A DNA stretch of 32,000 nucleotides from Candidatus Saganbacteria bacterium. GTDB taxonomy: Bacteria > Margulisbacteria > WOR-1 > JAKLHX01. The notes below the pieces were generated by a model that saw nothing but the letters and a program-made list of their open reading frames with translations, ran no database searches and was not told the DNA's origin. Made by a program: the position numbers and the translations under genes. The stretch spans positions 1-32,000 of the forward strand of contig JAPLKZ010000012.1 in the NCBI GenBank assembly GCA_026387835.1. The letters are read 5' to 3'. Positions 1 through 9,196 of the stretch are shown here, piece by piece. Every line of letters starts with the position of its first letter. Within the stretch, counting starts at the first letter, position 1.

Positions 1-495
1 GGAATTTATATCGACTTCAAGTGACTTCAGTCCCAATGAATCGAAAAGGTCTATTCCGGCCATTATCACTTCGATATCGGCCAGATAAGAAGATGTGCCG
101 AAAAGCTCGACCCCTGCCTGATTGAACTGCCTGAACCTGCCTGCCTGCGGCCTTTCGTAGCGGAACATGGGACCGATATAATATAGTTTTGTTATCCGGT
201 CCTTTGTCAGAAGGTTGTTCTCGACAGCGGCGCGAACTACCGAAGCAGTCGCCTCCGGTCTCAGAGTCACGCTCCGGTCGCCTTTATCCTTGAAAGTATA
301 CATCTCCTTTGTAACGATATCGGAAGAATCGCCTATACTGCGCGAAAAAAGCTCAGATTGCTCGATTATCGGGGTCCTTATTTCTGAAAAGCCGTATCTT
401 TTGAATATCCGGCCGATCTTTTCTTCGATCTGCTGCCAGACAGGCGTTTCATCGGGAAGTATATCTTTTGTGCCGCGCAGGACCTGGTATTTCAT
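1..495 (-). CDS. hisS: Histidyl-tRNA synthetase, N-terminal part (3' end runs off the window)
   Basis: Minus-strand reading from ATG at 493-495 gives MKYQVLRGTKDILPDETPVWQQIEEKIGRIFKRYGFSEIRTPIIEQSELFSRSIGDSSDIVTKEMYTFKDKGDRSVTLRPEATASVVRA...FRYERPQAGRFRQFNQ, with class II HisRS motifs 1 and 2. This ORF is not in the supplied track because it is partial. Confidence 0.95.
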   Translation of the reverse strand, partial: MKYQVLRGTKDILPDETPVWQQIEEKIGRIFKRYGFSEIRTPIIEQSELFSRSIGDSSDIVTKEMYTFKDKGDRSVTLRPEATASVVRAAVENNLLTKDRITKLYYIGPMFRYERPQAGRFRQFNQAGVELFGTSSYLADIEVIMAGIDLFDSLGLKSLEVDINS

Positions 496-524
496 AATGG
501 ATATATTATAGCAAAAGAAAGGAT

Positions 525-1547
525 CTATTTAACGATTACTTTATGCGCGCCTTTGGTTATCTCTCCGACCATATAAGCTTTCTCACCGAGGGAATCGATC
601 TTCTTTATGACTTTACCGGCTATTTCCGGTTTCACCGCAAGCACCATGCCGAGGCCCATGTTGAACGTTTTATACATCTCTTCTTTGCTGATACTGCCTT
701 TCCCCTCTATCAAAGAGAATATCGCCGGTTTTGGCCAGGCTGAAGCATCAAATACCGCGTCACATCCGACCGGGAGGAATCTCGCGGCATTTTCAGGAAG
801 CCCGCCTCCGGTAATATGGGCCATCCCTTTTATTTCGAACTCTTTTATAAGTTCGAGGATCGGTCTTACATAGATCTTTGTCGGTTCAAGCATTTCTTCG
901 CCCACAGTCCTCTCTAAAGCGGGATCTTTTGAATTGACATCGAAACCCGCCATATCAAGAAGCACTTTTCTGGCAAGTGAATATCCATTGCTGTGAAGGC
1001 CCGAGGAAGCTATGCCGATCAGTTTATCTCCGGCTTTAATAGTCGAACCGTTGATTATCTTTGACTTTTCGACGATACCGACGCAAAATCCCGCGATATC
1101 ATACTCATCTTTTCCGTAAAGGTCGCTCATCTCCGCGGTCTCGCCTCCGATCAGCGCGCAGCACGATTGCCTGCATCCCTCGGCGATGCCTTTCAAAAGA
1201 TCTTCCGCGACATCCGGGTCGACTTTGTTCATCGCCAGGTAATCGAGAAAGAAAAGCGGCTTTGCGCCCAGGACGACGACATCATTAACGCACATCGCGA
1301 CGGCATCGATGCCGATAGTATCGTGTTTGTCCGTCAGAAAAGCTATTTTTAATTTAGTCCCGACGCCGTCAGTGCCGGAAACGAGGACAGGTTCTTTAAA
1401 TTCATTCTTATCGATCTGGAAAAGCCCGCCGAAATAGCCGATATCTCCGAGGACGCCTTTTGTAAATGTCGATCTGGCCAGTTTTTTAACGCGGCTGACA
1501 ACCTCATACCCCGCTTCAATATCTACGCCTGATTGTTTATAGTCCAT
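525..1547 (-). CDS. purM: Phosphoribosylformylglycinamidine cyclo-ligase (AIR synthase)
   Basis: 340 aa ORF with MDYKQSGVDIEAG, VSGTDGVGTKLKIA, GGETAEM and HITGGGLPEN motifs typical of PurM. Confidence 0.97.
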   Translation of the reverse strand: MDYKQSGVDIEAGYEVVSRVKKLARSTFTKGVLGDIGYFGGLFQIDKNEFKEPVLVSGTDGVGTKLKIAFLTDKHDTIGIDAVAMCVNDVVVLGAKPLFFLDYLAMNKVDPDVAEDLLKGIAEGCRQSCCALIGGETAEMSDLYGKDEYDIAGFCVGIVEKSKIINGSTIKAGDKLIGIASSGLHSNGYSLARKVLLDMAGFDVNSKDPALERTVGEEMLEPTKIYVRPILELIKEFEIKGMAHITGGGLPENAARFLPVGCDAVFDASAWPKPAIFSLIEGKGSISKEEMYKTFNMGLGMVLAVKPEIAGKVIKKIDSLGEKAYMVGEITKGAHKVIVK

Positions 1548-1563
1548 TTAGTCTCTCCAAGAT

Positions 1564-2385
1564 CTAAGTGCTGAACTCTTTAGACAGATCCCTCGCCCTT
1601 GCCGCCGCGGCATATACCGCATCCGCGACGATGTCGATCAGTTTTGCCTCGTCAAGGATCTTCAGGCCCTCTATTGTAGTCCCGCCCGGAGACGCGACCA
1701 TCCCGCAAAGTTCTTTAGGATTTTTTCTGGTCTCGATGACCGTTTTTACCGCTCCCAGCATGGTCTGCTTTGCCAGGACTTCGGCGTCCTCTTTTTTAAG
1801 CCCCGCTTTTACCCCGCCTTCTATCATCCCTTCAAGAAATTTGTAGACAAAAGCCGGGCCCGACCCGGAAAGCCCCGTCACGGCATCCATGAATTTTTCA
1901 TCCATCAGGACGGTCTTGCCGAGCGAAGAGAATATTTTTTCCGCTGTCTTTACATCCGACTCAGTGGCGCTGCTCCCCTTAGAGATGACCGTCATCCCTT
2001 CGCCTATAAGACAGGGATTGTTTGGCATCGCCCTTACGACCGGGCATCCCGCGAGGTGCTTCTCAAGATAACCGATGGTTATCCCGGCCGCGATAGAGAT
2101 GAAAAGTTTTTCCGACTCCACGAATTCCCTTATTTCGTCAAGGACATTCTTTTTGTGCTGGGGTTTCACGCACAGGACGACGATATCCGCGACAAGCATC
2201 GCTTTTATGTTGTCCTGCGCTACATGGACCTTATGGGTTTCGGAAAGATATTTCAGCCTCTGTGCTTCTTTGTCGGAGATGTAGATGTTCTTCGGCGAAA
2301 ATAATTTTGCCCTGATGATACCGGATATTATGGCATCAGCCATCCTGCCGGCGCCGATGAAGGATATTTTTTTGTTTGAAGGCAT
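1564..2385 (-). CDS. proC: Pyrroline-5-carboxylate reductase
   Basis: 273 aa; N-terminal Rossmann GAGRMADAI and C-terminal signature GLSGSGPAFVY...VASPGGTTIEGL. Confidence 0.96.
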   Translation of the reverse strand: MPSNKKISFIGAGRMADAIISGIIRAKLFSPKNIYISDKEAQRLKYLSETHKVHVAQDNIKAMLVADIVVLCVKPQHKKNVLDEIREFVESEKLFISIAAGITIGYLEKHLAGCPVVRAMPNNPCLIGEGMTVISKGSSATESDVKTAEKIFSSLGKTVLMDEKFMDAVTGLSGSGPAFVYKFLEGMIEGGVKAGLKKEDAEVLAKQTMLGAVKTVIETRKNPKELCGMVASPGGTTIEGLKILDEAKLIDIVADAVYAAAARARDLSKEFST

Positions 2386-2388
2386 CTT

Positions 2389-2829
2389 TTATCTGTTGTG
2401 AAGAAGCCCTTCCCTTGTGATCGGCCCTTCCGAGGACGGGTTGTCCAGGATCTCGGATATCGCGATATTTGAAGGCGTGAGCAGGAATATCGTGTCCGCT
2501 ATCTTGATCATGTGACCGTCTATGGCAAAAGCGGTCCCGCACACGAAATCAATAAGGCGCGTCCCTTCGCCTGAATCCAGATATTTCAGGTTCACGATCA
2601 CCGGTGATCCCTGCCTGAGCTTTGCAGATATTTCGATCGAATTTTCATAAGCTTTGGGTTCGTATATGGAGATCTCCGAATCGGTGTTGGACGATCTCCT
2701 GCTGCTCCTCGACCTGACGGGAGGATTTTCTACATTTAAGGTCTCAGTCTTGATGGAGGGCGTGTTGAACATCTCTTCATCCGGACCAAGGCCTATGAAC
2801 TCTTTCGCTTTGTTAAAAATATCGATCAT
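2389..2829 (-). CDS. sepF: SepF-like cell division protein
   Basis: 146 aa; disordered linker, then a SepF-type core (LRQGSPVIVNLKYLDSGEGTRLIDFVCGTAFAIDGHMIKIADTIFLLTPSNI); neighbours proC and yggS as in ylm-type clusters. Confidence 0.88.
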   Translation of the reverse strand: MIDIFNKAKEFIGLGPDEEMFNTPSIKTETLNVENPPVRSRSSRRSSNTDSEISIYEPKAYENSIEISAKLRQGSPVIVNLKYLDSGEGTRLIDFVCGTAFAIDGHMIKIADTIFLLTPSNIAISEILDNPSSEGPITREGLLHNR

Positions 2830-2840
2830 GCTCTGCCTCC

Positions 2841-3506
2841 TTATTCATTAAATATTGCGGTCCCTACCCTTATTATAGTCGCTCCTTCTTCAATTGCAAC
2901 CTCAAAATCACCTGACATGCCCATTGAAAGCTCTTTTAACGAGAGCATATCCGCTATTTCCTTAAGTTTTTTGAAATACGGCCTGCTGCTCTGCGGATCA
3001 TCGCTGTACAGCGCCATTGTCATAAGACCTTTCAATTCTACCGACTTCAGGTTCCTGACATATCCTGCAAGTTCACCGGCTTCACCTGCCGGAACTCCGT
3101 ATTTTGCTTTTTCACCGGACACATTCACTTCGATAAAAACCGGAACAATCAACTCTTTCGCTCTTGCTATTGCATCCACCTTTTCAGCAAGCTTCGGGGT
3201 ATCTATAGAATGTATCTCCTGAAAACATTCAACTGCTTTTTTCGCTTTGTTCATCTGCAGGTGGCCTATCATGTGCCATCTGATGTTAGGAACATCACGA
3301 AGCAATGCAATCTTCTTTTCAGCTTCCTGGACTTTGTTCTCGCCAAGATCAAAAATGCCGTTGCCGATCGCTTCTTTTATCTGATCGATGGTCGCTGTTT
3401 TCGTGACAGCCAGAAGTTTGATATTTTCAGGGTCTCTCCCCGCCCTTTCAGCAGCGGCAGAGATCCTTTGGCGGACGATCTTTATATTATCGGCGACTTT
3501 TGTCAT
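2841..3506 (-). CDS. YggS/YlmE-family pyridoxal-phosphate-binding protein
   Basis: Likely start is ATG at 3504-3506 (MTKVADNIKIVRQRI), inside the longer ORF 2841..3581. Motifs: LLAVTKTATIDQI, GENKVQEAEKK, WHMIGHLQMNKAK, GLMTMALYSDD, LSMGMSGDFEVAIEEGATIIRVGTAIF. Confidence 0.94.
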   Translation of the reverse strand: MTKVADNIKIVRQRISAAAERAGRDPENIKLLAVTKTATIDQIKEAIGNGIFDLGENKVQEAEKKIALLRDVPNIRWHMIGHLQMNKAKKAVECFQEIHSIDTPKLAEKVDAIARAKELIVPVFIEVNVSGEKAKYGVPAGEAGELAGYVRNLKSVELKGLMTMALYSDDPQSSRPYFKKLKEIADMLSLKELSMGMSGDFEVAIEEGATIIRVGTAIFNE

Positions 3507-3668
3507 ATATGGAATAATATAACATTTTGAAAAATAAGTGAAATTTTCAAAAAATGTGGTCGAGAGATTATTTGATCGCAAACATTCTTCATCAGATTAA
3601 GTCGATGTATCAATTGGAAGTATATCAAACAATAAATTTTTAGTCCGGATCTTGAATAGGGGTTCTAA

Positions 3669-4514
3669 ATGATCCAGTTCATAGCAAGAAGATACGGGGA
3701 TATTTTAAGATATTATCACGGCATCAAAGAATGCAGGGTGAGAGGAAGACTTCCCCAGACATGGAATTTCACGCTCGCGGCAGTATCGCATTTTCCCGCA
3801 ACAAGCGTCGCTCAGGAGCTTCAGCGGAGGATAGAGACCGGACAGATAAAGGTTGGAGGATTAGGCTCGTTCAATAGAACGGCGGTCACGGAAGCTATAG
3901 GAGCTGTATTCGGCTCAGACCGGCCGGTAAGATCGCGGGTCCTCGCAGATTTTGCTCCCGTCGCGATAGAACATTTCAGGCCGGCACTTCCTCCCGATTC
4001 CCCTCAAAGTGCTTCTGCAGATATTAACGATTCCGCATCAAGCTGGTTCGCCTTTAATGCGTGGGACGCTTCACAGATCGGATCATTGAGGATCTCTACA
4101 ATGATAGATTCTCTAGGGCTTTACTCTGGTCTAGCCGGCCGGTTTTTTGTCGGCGGTGAGGGATGGGAGAGTCACGTTTCTGCGGGCTCGGTCCTGCAAC
4201 TTATCGGGGTTGAAAATGCCCGTGCTATCACCGAACAAAGCATAGCTGATGAAGCAATTAGGAGCAGGGTCTTGCTTTGGTTTTCCGGGACGGACAGGCT
4301 CAAGCTCGCAAAGCAGTTTACGCAGAGCGCGATAATATTCAGGCCTTCTAACTGGCAGGCATGGGTCACCAGGGCCAATATATTCAAGTCCGAAAATAAT
4401 TGCGAGGAGGAAGCGGACTGCCTGAGAACTGCCCTTGTTCATATGAAATGGGCATCTCCCTCTGAAGTGACCGAATTTACAGCTAAAAGACTTGCGGTCT
4501 TGTTGGGCGAGTAG
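3669..4514 (+). CDS. Hypothetical protein, 281 aa, with possible TPR-like C-terminal helices
   Basis: Long plus-strand ORF starting right after an in-frame stop (TAA ATG), with a weak AGGGG upstream. No recognised domain in the N-terminal two thirds. The C-terminus (KLAKQFTQSAIIFRPSNWQAWVTRANIFKSENNCEEEADCLRTAL) looks TPR-like. Confidence 0.6.
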   Translation: MIQFIARRYGDILRYYHGIKECRVRGRLPQTWNFTLAAVSHFPATSVAQELQRRIETGQIKVGGLGSFNRTAVTEAIGAVFGSDRPVRSRVLADFAPVAIEHFRPALPPDSPQSASADINDSASSWFAFNAWDASQIGSLRISTMIDSLGLYSGLAGRFFVGGEGWESHVSAGSVLQLIGVENARAITEQSIADEAIRSRVLLWFSGTDRLKLAKQFTQSAIIFRPSNWQAWVTRANIFKSENNCEEEADCLRTALVHMKWASPSEVTEFTAKRLAVLLGE

Positions 4515-4598
4515 ACGATATTGTGATCTCTTGTTCCATTTTTCCGCCGGACCTCTTCCTTGACATCCCCGCCATAAGGAGTAAAATTCAATATATAA

Positions 4599-5120
4599 AT
4601 GAAAAAGACGGCTATATCCATATTAGTGGTTCTATTGATATTTTTTTGCATCTCCGGACCATCAAAGGCAGAGAATAGCGTCCTGAACATCGGTTCTCCG
4701 GCGCCTGAGATCGTGCTGCCTCTTGTGAACGGAGGATCATTTACTTCAATTCAGCTGAAAGGAAAAGCGTACATCCTGACATTTTTTTCCACCTGGAGCG
4801 ATTCCTGCCTTGAAAACCTTAGATTTTTGCAGGGCCTTAAAGAAAAGAACGACGGACTTGAGGTCGTGGCCGTATCGCTGGACAATAAGGCATCATCAGT
4901 CGCGTCTTTCTTAAGAAAAAACGGCCTTTCGTTCATCTCCCTGATAGACAAGAAAAAGAAATATCTTGATGAGTTCGAGATACTGGTGATCCCGACCACT
5001 TATTTTATCGACAGGGACGGGATACTTAAGAATCAGTACGTGTCTTTTGATGATATCGTCATGGCATCTATGACTGCTGACGTTAGTCTTCTGCTGGCGC
5101 CTAAAAAGTCCGAGGAATAA
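4599..5120 (+). CDS. TlpA/ResA-like thioredoxin-fold protein with signal peptide; first active-site Cys absent
   Basis: 173 aa; N-terminal hydrophobic signal, AlkC/TSA/TlpA pattern (IGSPAPEIVLPLVNGGSFTSIQLKGKAYILTFFSTWSDSC...VIPTTYFIDRDGIL). The motif is WSDSC rather than WCxxC. Confidence 0.85.
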   Translation: MKKTAISILVVLLIFFCISGPSKAENSVLNIGSPAPEIVLPLVNGGSFTSIQLKGKAYILTFFSTWSDSCLENLRFLQGLKEKNDGLEVVAVSLDNKASSVASFLRKNGLSFISLIDKKKKYLDEFEILVIPTTYFIDRDGILKNQYVSFDDIVMASMTADVSLLLAPKKSEE

Positions 5121-5126
5121 CCTTCT

Positions 5127-6315
5127 TTATTCGTATCTCAGCGCATCTATAGGGTCCAGGTTCACCGCTCTCATCGCCGGATAAACACCCGAGACTACTC
5201 CGATACCTACAGAAACGCTGCATGCCAGTGTGAGCGCCCAAATGACCACAACCATCTCGAGTTTTATCACATACATTATCACGAACGTTCCCGCTAGTCC
5301 CAGGACGATCCCCAGCAGCCCTCCGAAAAACTACCGATTCGACAAGAAATTGGATAAAGATATCGGTCTTTTTTGCTCCGACGGCTTTCCTGATGCCGAT
5401 CTCTTTCGTCCTTTCGGTCACGGACACCAGCATGATGTTCATTATGCCGATCCCGCCAACGAGAAGCGAGATCGCGGCTATCCCGCCTATTATCGTGGTA
5501 AGCATCCCGATAATGTTGTTCAGCATGTTCATCATGCCTTCCTGCGTCGTTATGTGATAATCGTCTTTGGCCAGTTCAGTTTCAAGCGCCCTGTCTATCT
5601 CATCTATAGCCTTTGGCACGAGCTCCTGGGTTTTTGCCGCGATGTCTATCTCAATGACCCCCTTAGTATTAAAAAGGCTCATGGCTGAAAAGATAGGAAG
5701 CACCGCTATATCATCCATATCAAAAGTGAGCATCTTTCCTTTTTCCGCGAAAAGCCCGATTACTGTATATTTTCTGCCGTTTATCTTTATTTTTTCCCCT
5801 ACCGGATCAAAATTGCCTAAAAGTTCCTTCGCGACCTTTTTCCCCAGGATAACGACTTTCCTGCTTCCATCCATCTCTCCCTTTGTAAAGAACCTGCCGC
5901 TTACTATCTTATGGTTAAAGACCTTCTGGTAATTATCGGTCGTACCCCAGGCCTGATTGATCCTGTATTCTCTTTTTCCGTATCTTGCCTTCGCTGTACC
6001 TGACACTATAGGTACAACTTCTGATACCGACGGGCAGCGGCCGGCTATTATCATCGCGTGTTTGTATTTGATCTTATTATCCAGATAAGCCGACATATCT
6101 CCCTGGTTTTTCCCGGGATTTATCTGCATGACATTCGGCCCCATTCCCCACGACTCCACCTGCGCGACCACATATAGTTTTGCGGCCTCGCCTATCGCCA
6201 CAAGGACTATCACTGCAGCTATTCCTATCACGACACCAAGCATGGTCAGAGCTGATCTTGTTTTATTTGCCCTTATGGACCTTACAGCCATAAGGATGCT
6301 GTCAATGAAATTCAT
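5127..6315 (-). pseudogene. MacB/FtsX-type ABC transporter permease with apparent frameshift near 5324-5332
   Basis: The ORF 5101..6315 has MacB-type N-terminal and first TM regions (MNFIDSILMAVRSIRANKTRSALTMLGVVIGIAAVIVLVAIGEAA; GGIAAISLLVGGIGIMNIMLVSVTERTKEIGIRKAVGAKKTDIFIQFLVESVV), then an unrelated tail. The missing C-terminus lies in the other frame: FGGLLGIVLGLAGTFVIMYVIKLEMVVVIWALTLACSVSVGIGVVSGVYPAMRAVNLDPIDALRYE, stop at 5127-5129. Confidence 0.85.
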
Positions 6316-7004
6316 TTTGTTTTTCTGTCCTCGAGAATCTTCCCGTCAAAAAGCCGCACCAGTCTGCCGCTGTAACCAGCGATGTTCTGGTCATGTGTCA
6401 CCATCAGTATCGTGACGCCCTGGCCATTTAGGCCTTCAAATATCTTCATCACGTCGGCACCTGATTTGCTGTCGAGGTTGCCTGTCGGCTCATCCGCCAA
6501 AATTATCGAAGGGCCATTTACTATCGCTCTTGCTATCGCAACTCTCTGCTTTTCTCCTCCCGATATCTGGTTTGGCAAAAATCCTTCCCTGTGCTGCATC
6601 CCGACGGAAGCGAGCGCTTTTTCCGCTTTTCTTTTTCTTTCGGCCCTGGGCAGGCCGCTATATATAAGCGGAAGCTCGACATTCTCAAGAGATGTCATCC
6701 TCGGCAGGAGGTTGAAGGTCTGAAATACAAAACCGATTTTTTTGTTCCTGACTTCCGCCAGGCCCGGATCTGAAAGAGACGAGACATCCACGCCGTCAAG
6801 GACGATAGAGCCGCTTGACGGCCTGTCGAGGCAGCCGATAAGGTTCATGAGTGTGGATTTGCCGCATCCGGAGGGGCCCATTATCGAGACGAACTCCCCT
6901 TTTGAGACTGAAAAATCGATGTCAAACAGTACAGGGACTTCCAGAGTTTCCAGATGGTAAGTCTTGTTTACGTCCTTTATACAGACAACACAATTTTCGC
7001 CCAT
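6312..7004 (-). CDS. LolD/MacB-family ABC transporter ATP-binding protein
   Basis: 230 aa; Walker A GPSGCGKST, signature ISGGEKQRVAIARAI, Walker B IILADEPTGNLDS, H-loop VTHDQ. Confidence 0.95.
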   Translation of the reverse strand: MGENCVVCIKDVNKTYHLETLEVPVLFDIDFSVSKGEFVSIMGPSGCGKSTLMNLIGCLDRPSSGSIVLDGVDVSSLSDPGLAEVRNKKIGFVFQTFNLLPRMTSLENVELPLIYSGLPRAERKRKAEKALASVGMQHREGFLPNQISGGEKQRVAIARAIVNGPSIILADEPTGNLDSKSGADVMKIFEGLNGQGVTILMVTHDQNIAGYSGRLVRLFDGKILEDRKTK

Positions 7005-7008
7005 GATT

Positions 7009-8028
7009 TTATTTGTTGCCGTTCTTTTCTATTTTTATCCGGGATCCGTTCTTCAATTTGTCCAAATTTGTCACGGTTACGAGGTCTTTTTCTTTCAGCC
7101 CGTTTTTGACCTCGACGTTTTCGCTGTCCTTAAGGCCGATAGTGACGACAGTCTCTTTTGCACCGCCTTTCTTTATCAAATAGACCTCTTGTTTATCTTC
7201 TTTAGAAAAAACCGCTTCCCTCGGAATGATAAGGATGCCGTTTTTTTTCTCAGTCACGATATCCGCGCTGATCGTCATGCCGATCTTCAGCTTGTAGGCC
7301 CGGTCGTCAAAGGAAACTTTTCCCCTGAAGATCTTGTCCTCTTCGTCAAGTTTGATCCTGCCTCCGACCTTTTTCAGTTCCGCTTCCTCGCCTATATTGG
7401 CCAGTTTGCCTGTAAACACTTCATTTGGGTACGCGTCGCAGAAAATATTTACGGCCTGCCCCACCTTCACATCACCGACATCCGATTCATCTATCTGGAC
7501 CTCCGCGTAAGATGACATCGGATCGACCACCGATATGAACGCCATACCCGGGGAAAGAGATTCTCCGACTTTATTTGCCACAAGAGTGGCAATGCCGTTT
7601 ATAGGAGAGATAAAACACGAGTTTTCATATTGGATCTTCGCAAGATCGAGCTGGTTCTTTGACGCGAGCCCCGACTCAAAAAGGTTTTTTATGTTGTCAT
7701 ATTCCCTGAATGCCGTATCATAGTTATCCATTTTCGCGAGCACCCGGCCTTTTTTGACCGCATCGCCTTCTTTCACGCCTATCCAGCCGATGCTCCCGAT
7801 AGTCTTGCTGCTCAGAGAAGCTGTCGTACCCTTGATCTCTCCCGAAACATTGACAGCAGGAATTATCTCTCCTATTTTTACTTCAAATACTTTTATGCTG
7901 ACAAGGCTTCCAAAATATACTTTGATACCCCAGACGACTATGATCAGCGCCAGTATCCCTGCCACCCATCTGAGCCATTTATATTTCTTGAACACTAATT
8001 TATCTCCTTTCAAATAATCCTTCCGCAA
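7009..8028 (-). CDS. MacA/HlyD-like efflux periplasmic adaptor with short coiled-coil hairpin
   Basis: 339 aa; N-terminal TM, biotinyl-lipoyl-like halves (IGSIGWIGVKEGDAVKKGRVLAKMD; ISPINGIATLVANKVGESLSPG), beta-barrel and C-terminal regions. Confidence 0.88.
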   Translation of the reverse strand: MRKDYLKGDKLVFKKYKWLRWVAGILALIIVVWGIKVYFGSLVSIKVFEVKIGEIIPAVNVSGEIKGTTASLSSKTIGSIGWIGVKEGDAVKKGRVLAKMDNYDTAFREYDNIKNLFESGLASKNQLDLAKIQYENSCFISPINGIATLVANKVGESLSPGMAFISVVDPMSSYAEVQIDESDVGDVKVGQAVNIFCDAYPNEVFTGKLANIGEEAELKKVGGRIKLDEEDKIFRGKVSFDDRAYKLKIGMTISADIVTEKKNGILIIPREAVFSKEDKQEVYLIKKGGAKETVVTIGLKDSENVEVKNGLKEKDLVTVTNLDKLKNGSRIKIEKNGNK

Positions 8029-8062
8029 TTAGTCATTCGTCATTAGTCATTTCTTTGTTGTT

Positions 8063-9196
8063 TTACCCTATCTTTTTCCTGAACCTCCTCACCGCAAAAA
8101 TGAAGATCGCGCTTCCGAGGACAAAAAGCATCAGGATATCTTTCCATAGATATTGTAGCCCGATCCCCTTTAGAAAAATACCTCTGACAATATTAAGAAA
8201 ATATCTCAAGGGTATTATATATGTAAATATCTGAATAATGAAAGGCATATTCGCGATCGGGAAAATGAATCCCGATAAAAGGATGGACGGTAAAATGATA
8301 AAGATCAGCGTCAGGACTGTCTGCTGCATCGTGTTAGATATCGTAGATATCATAAGACCGATTCCGAGGCTCGCTATAATATAAATAGCGCATAAGGCCA
8401 AAAGCAAATATATATTCCCTAATATCGGCACCCTGAACCAGAGGACGCTGATAAATATCACAAGTATCACGTCGATAAAACCGAGTATGATGAACGGCGC
8501 CATCTTGCCCGCCATCAGTTCCCACGGTCTTATCGGGGAAACGATCAGCTGTTCCATCGTCCCGTATTCCTTTTCTTTTACTATGGAGACAGCGGTCAGG
8601 AGCGAAGTCAGTATCGTCAAAAGCACGGCGATTATTCCGGGCACCATGTAGTTGACGCTCTTCATTTCCTGGTTATGGAACACACGGACCCGCGCGTCGA
8701 TCACATTTAAGCGGTCCGTCATCCTTTTCATTGCCTTTAACCTGTCATTCAATATCTTCGTCACGTTCTCAAAGACGATGCCGTTAATATAAGCCAGCGC
8801 GATGCCCGCGGAATTTGAATTTGTGCCGTCCAATATGAACTGTACCCGGGACTGACGGCCTGAGATTATGTTCTTTGAAAAGTCCGGAGGTATATTTATC
8901 GCAACCTGTGCTCTTCCGCTGTCTATAGTACGTTTTTCTTCATCCGGGCTCTTAGCATTGCTGACGATCCTGAAATAGGTCGAGTTCGAGAAACTTGAGA
9001 TGAACTGCCGGCTTAAATAGCTCTGGTCGCGGTCAAAAACTGCCGTATTGATATTTCTAAGGTCAAGTGTCGCGACATATCCGAACACCAGGAGCTGGAT
9101 TATCGGCGCAAGTATCACGGCTCCTATCAGCCTTTTATCTCTGAAGAGCTGGATGAACTCTTTCCTTATTATATGGACCAGCCTTGAATCAAGCAT
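8063..9196 (-). CDS. ABC-2 type transporter permease (YbhR/YbhS-like)
   Basis: 377 aa; MLDSRLVHIIRKEFIQLFRDKRLIGAVILAPIIQLLVFGYVATLD, MVPGIIAVLLTILTSLLTAVSIVKEKEYGTMEQLIVSPIRPWELMAGK, SGFIFPIANMP. Confidence 0.93.
   Translation of the reverse strand: MLDSRLVHIIRKEFIQLFRDKRLIGAVILAPIIQLLVFGYVATLDLRNINTAVFDRDQSYLSRQFISSFSNSTYFRIVSNAKSPDEEKRTIDSGRAQVAINIPPDFSKNIISGRQSRVQFILDGTNSNSAGIALAYINGIVFENVTKILNDRLKAMKRMTDRLNVIDARVRVFHNQEMKSVNYMVPGIIAVLLTILTSLLTAVSIVKEKEYGTMEQLIVSPIRPWELMAGKMAPFIILGFIDVILVIFISVLWFRVPILGNIYLLLALCAIYIIASLGIGLMISTISNTMQQTVLTLIFIILPSILLSGFIFPIANMPFIIQIFTYIIPLRYFLNIVRGIFLKGIGLQYLWKDILMLFVLGSAIFIFAVRRFRKKIG

Noticed and set aside
215-1352. ORFs 215..511 (+), 543..743 (+), 607..873 (+), 1061..1288 (+) and 1167..1352 (+)
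   Set aside because: They lie antisense to hisS and purM, which are unambiguous, and their translations are low-quality (runs of S/P/R) with no family resemblance.
3507-3581. N-terminal 25 residues of ORF 2841..3581
   Set aside because: MRSNNLSTTFFENFTYFSKCYIIPY is not like YggS proteins; the conserved protein starts at MTKVADNIK (3506).
4131-4690. Minus-strand ORFs 4131..4442 and 4439..4690
   Set aside because: They overlap the longer plus-strand ORF and the tlpA-like gene start, and lack motifs. The plus-strand interpretation is more parsimonious, though not proven for 3669..4514.
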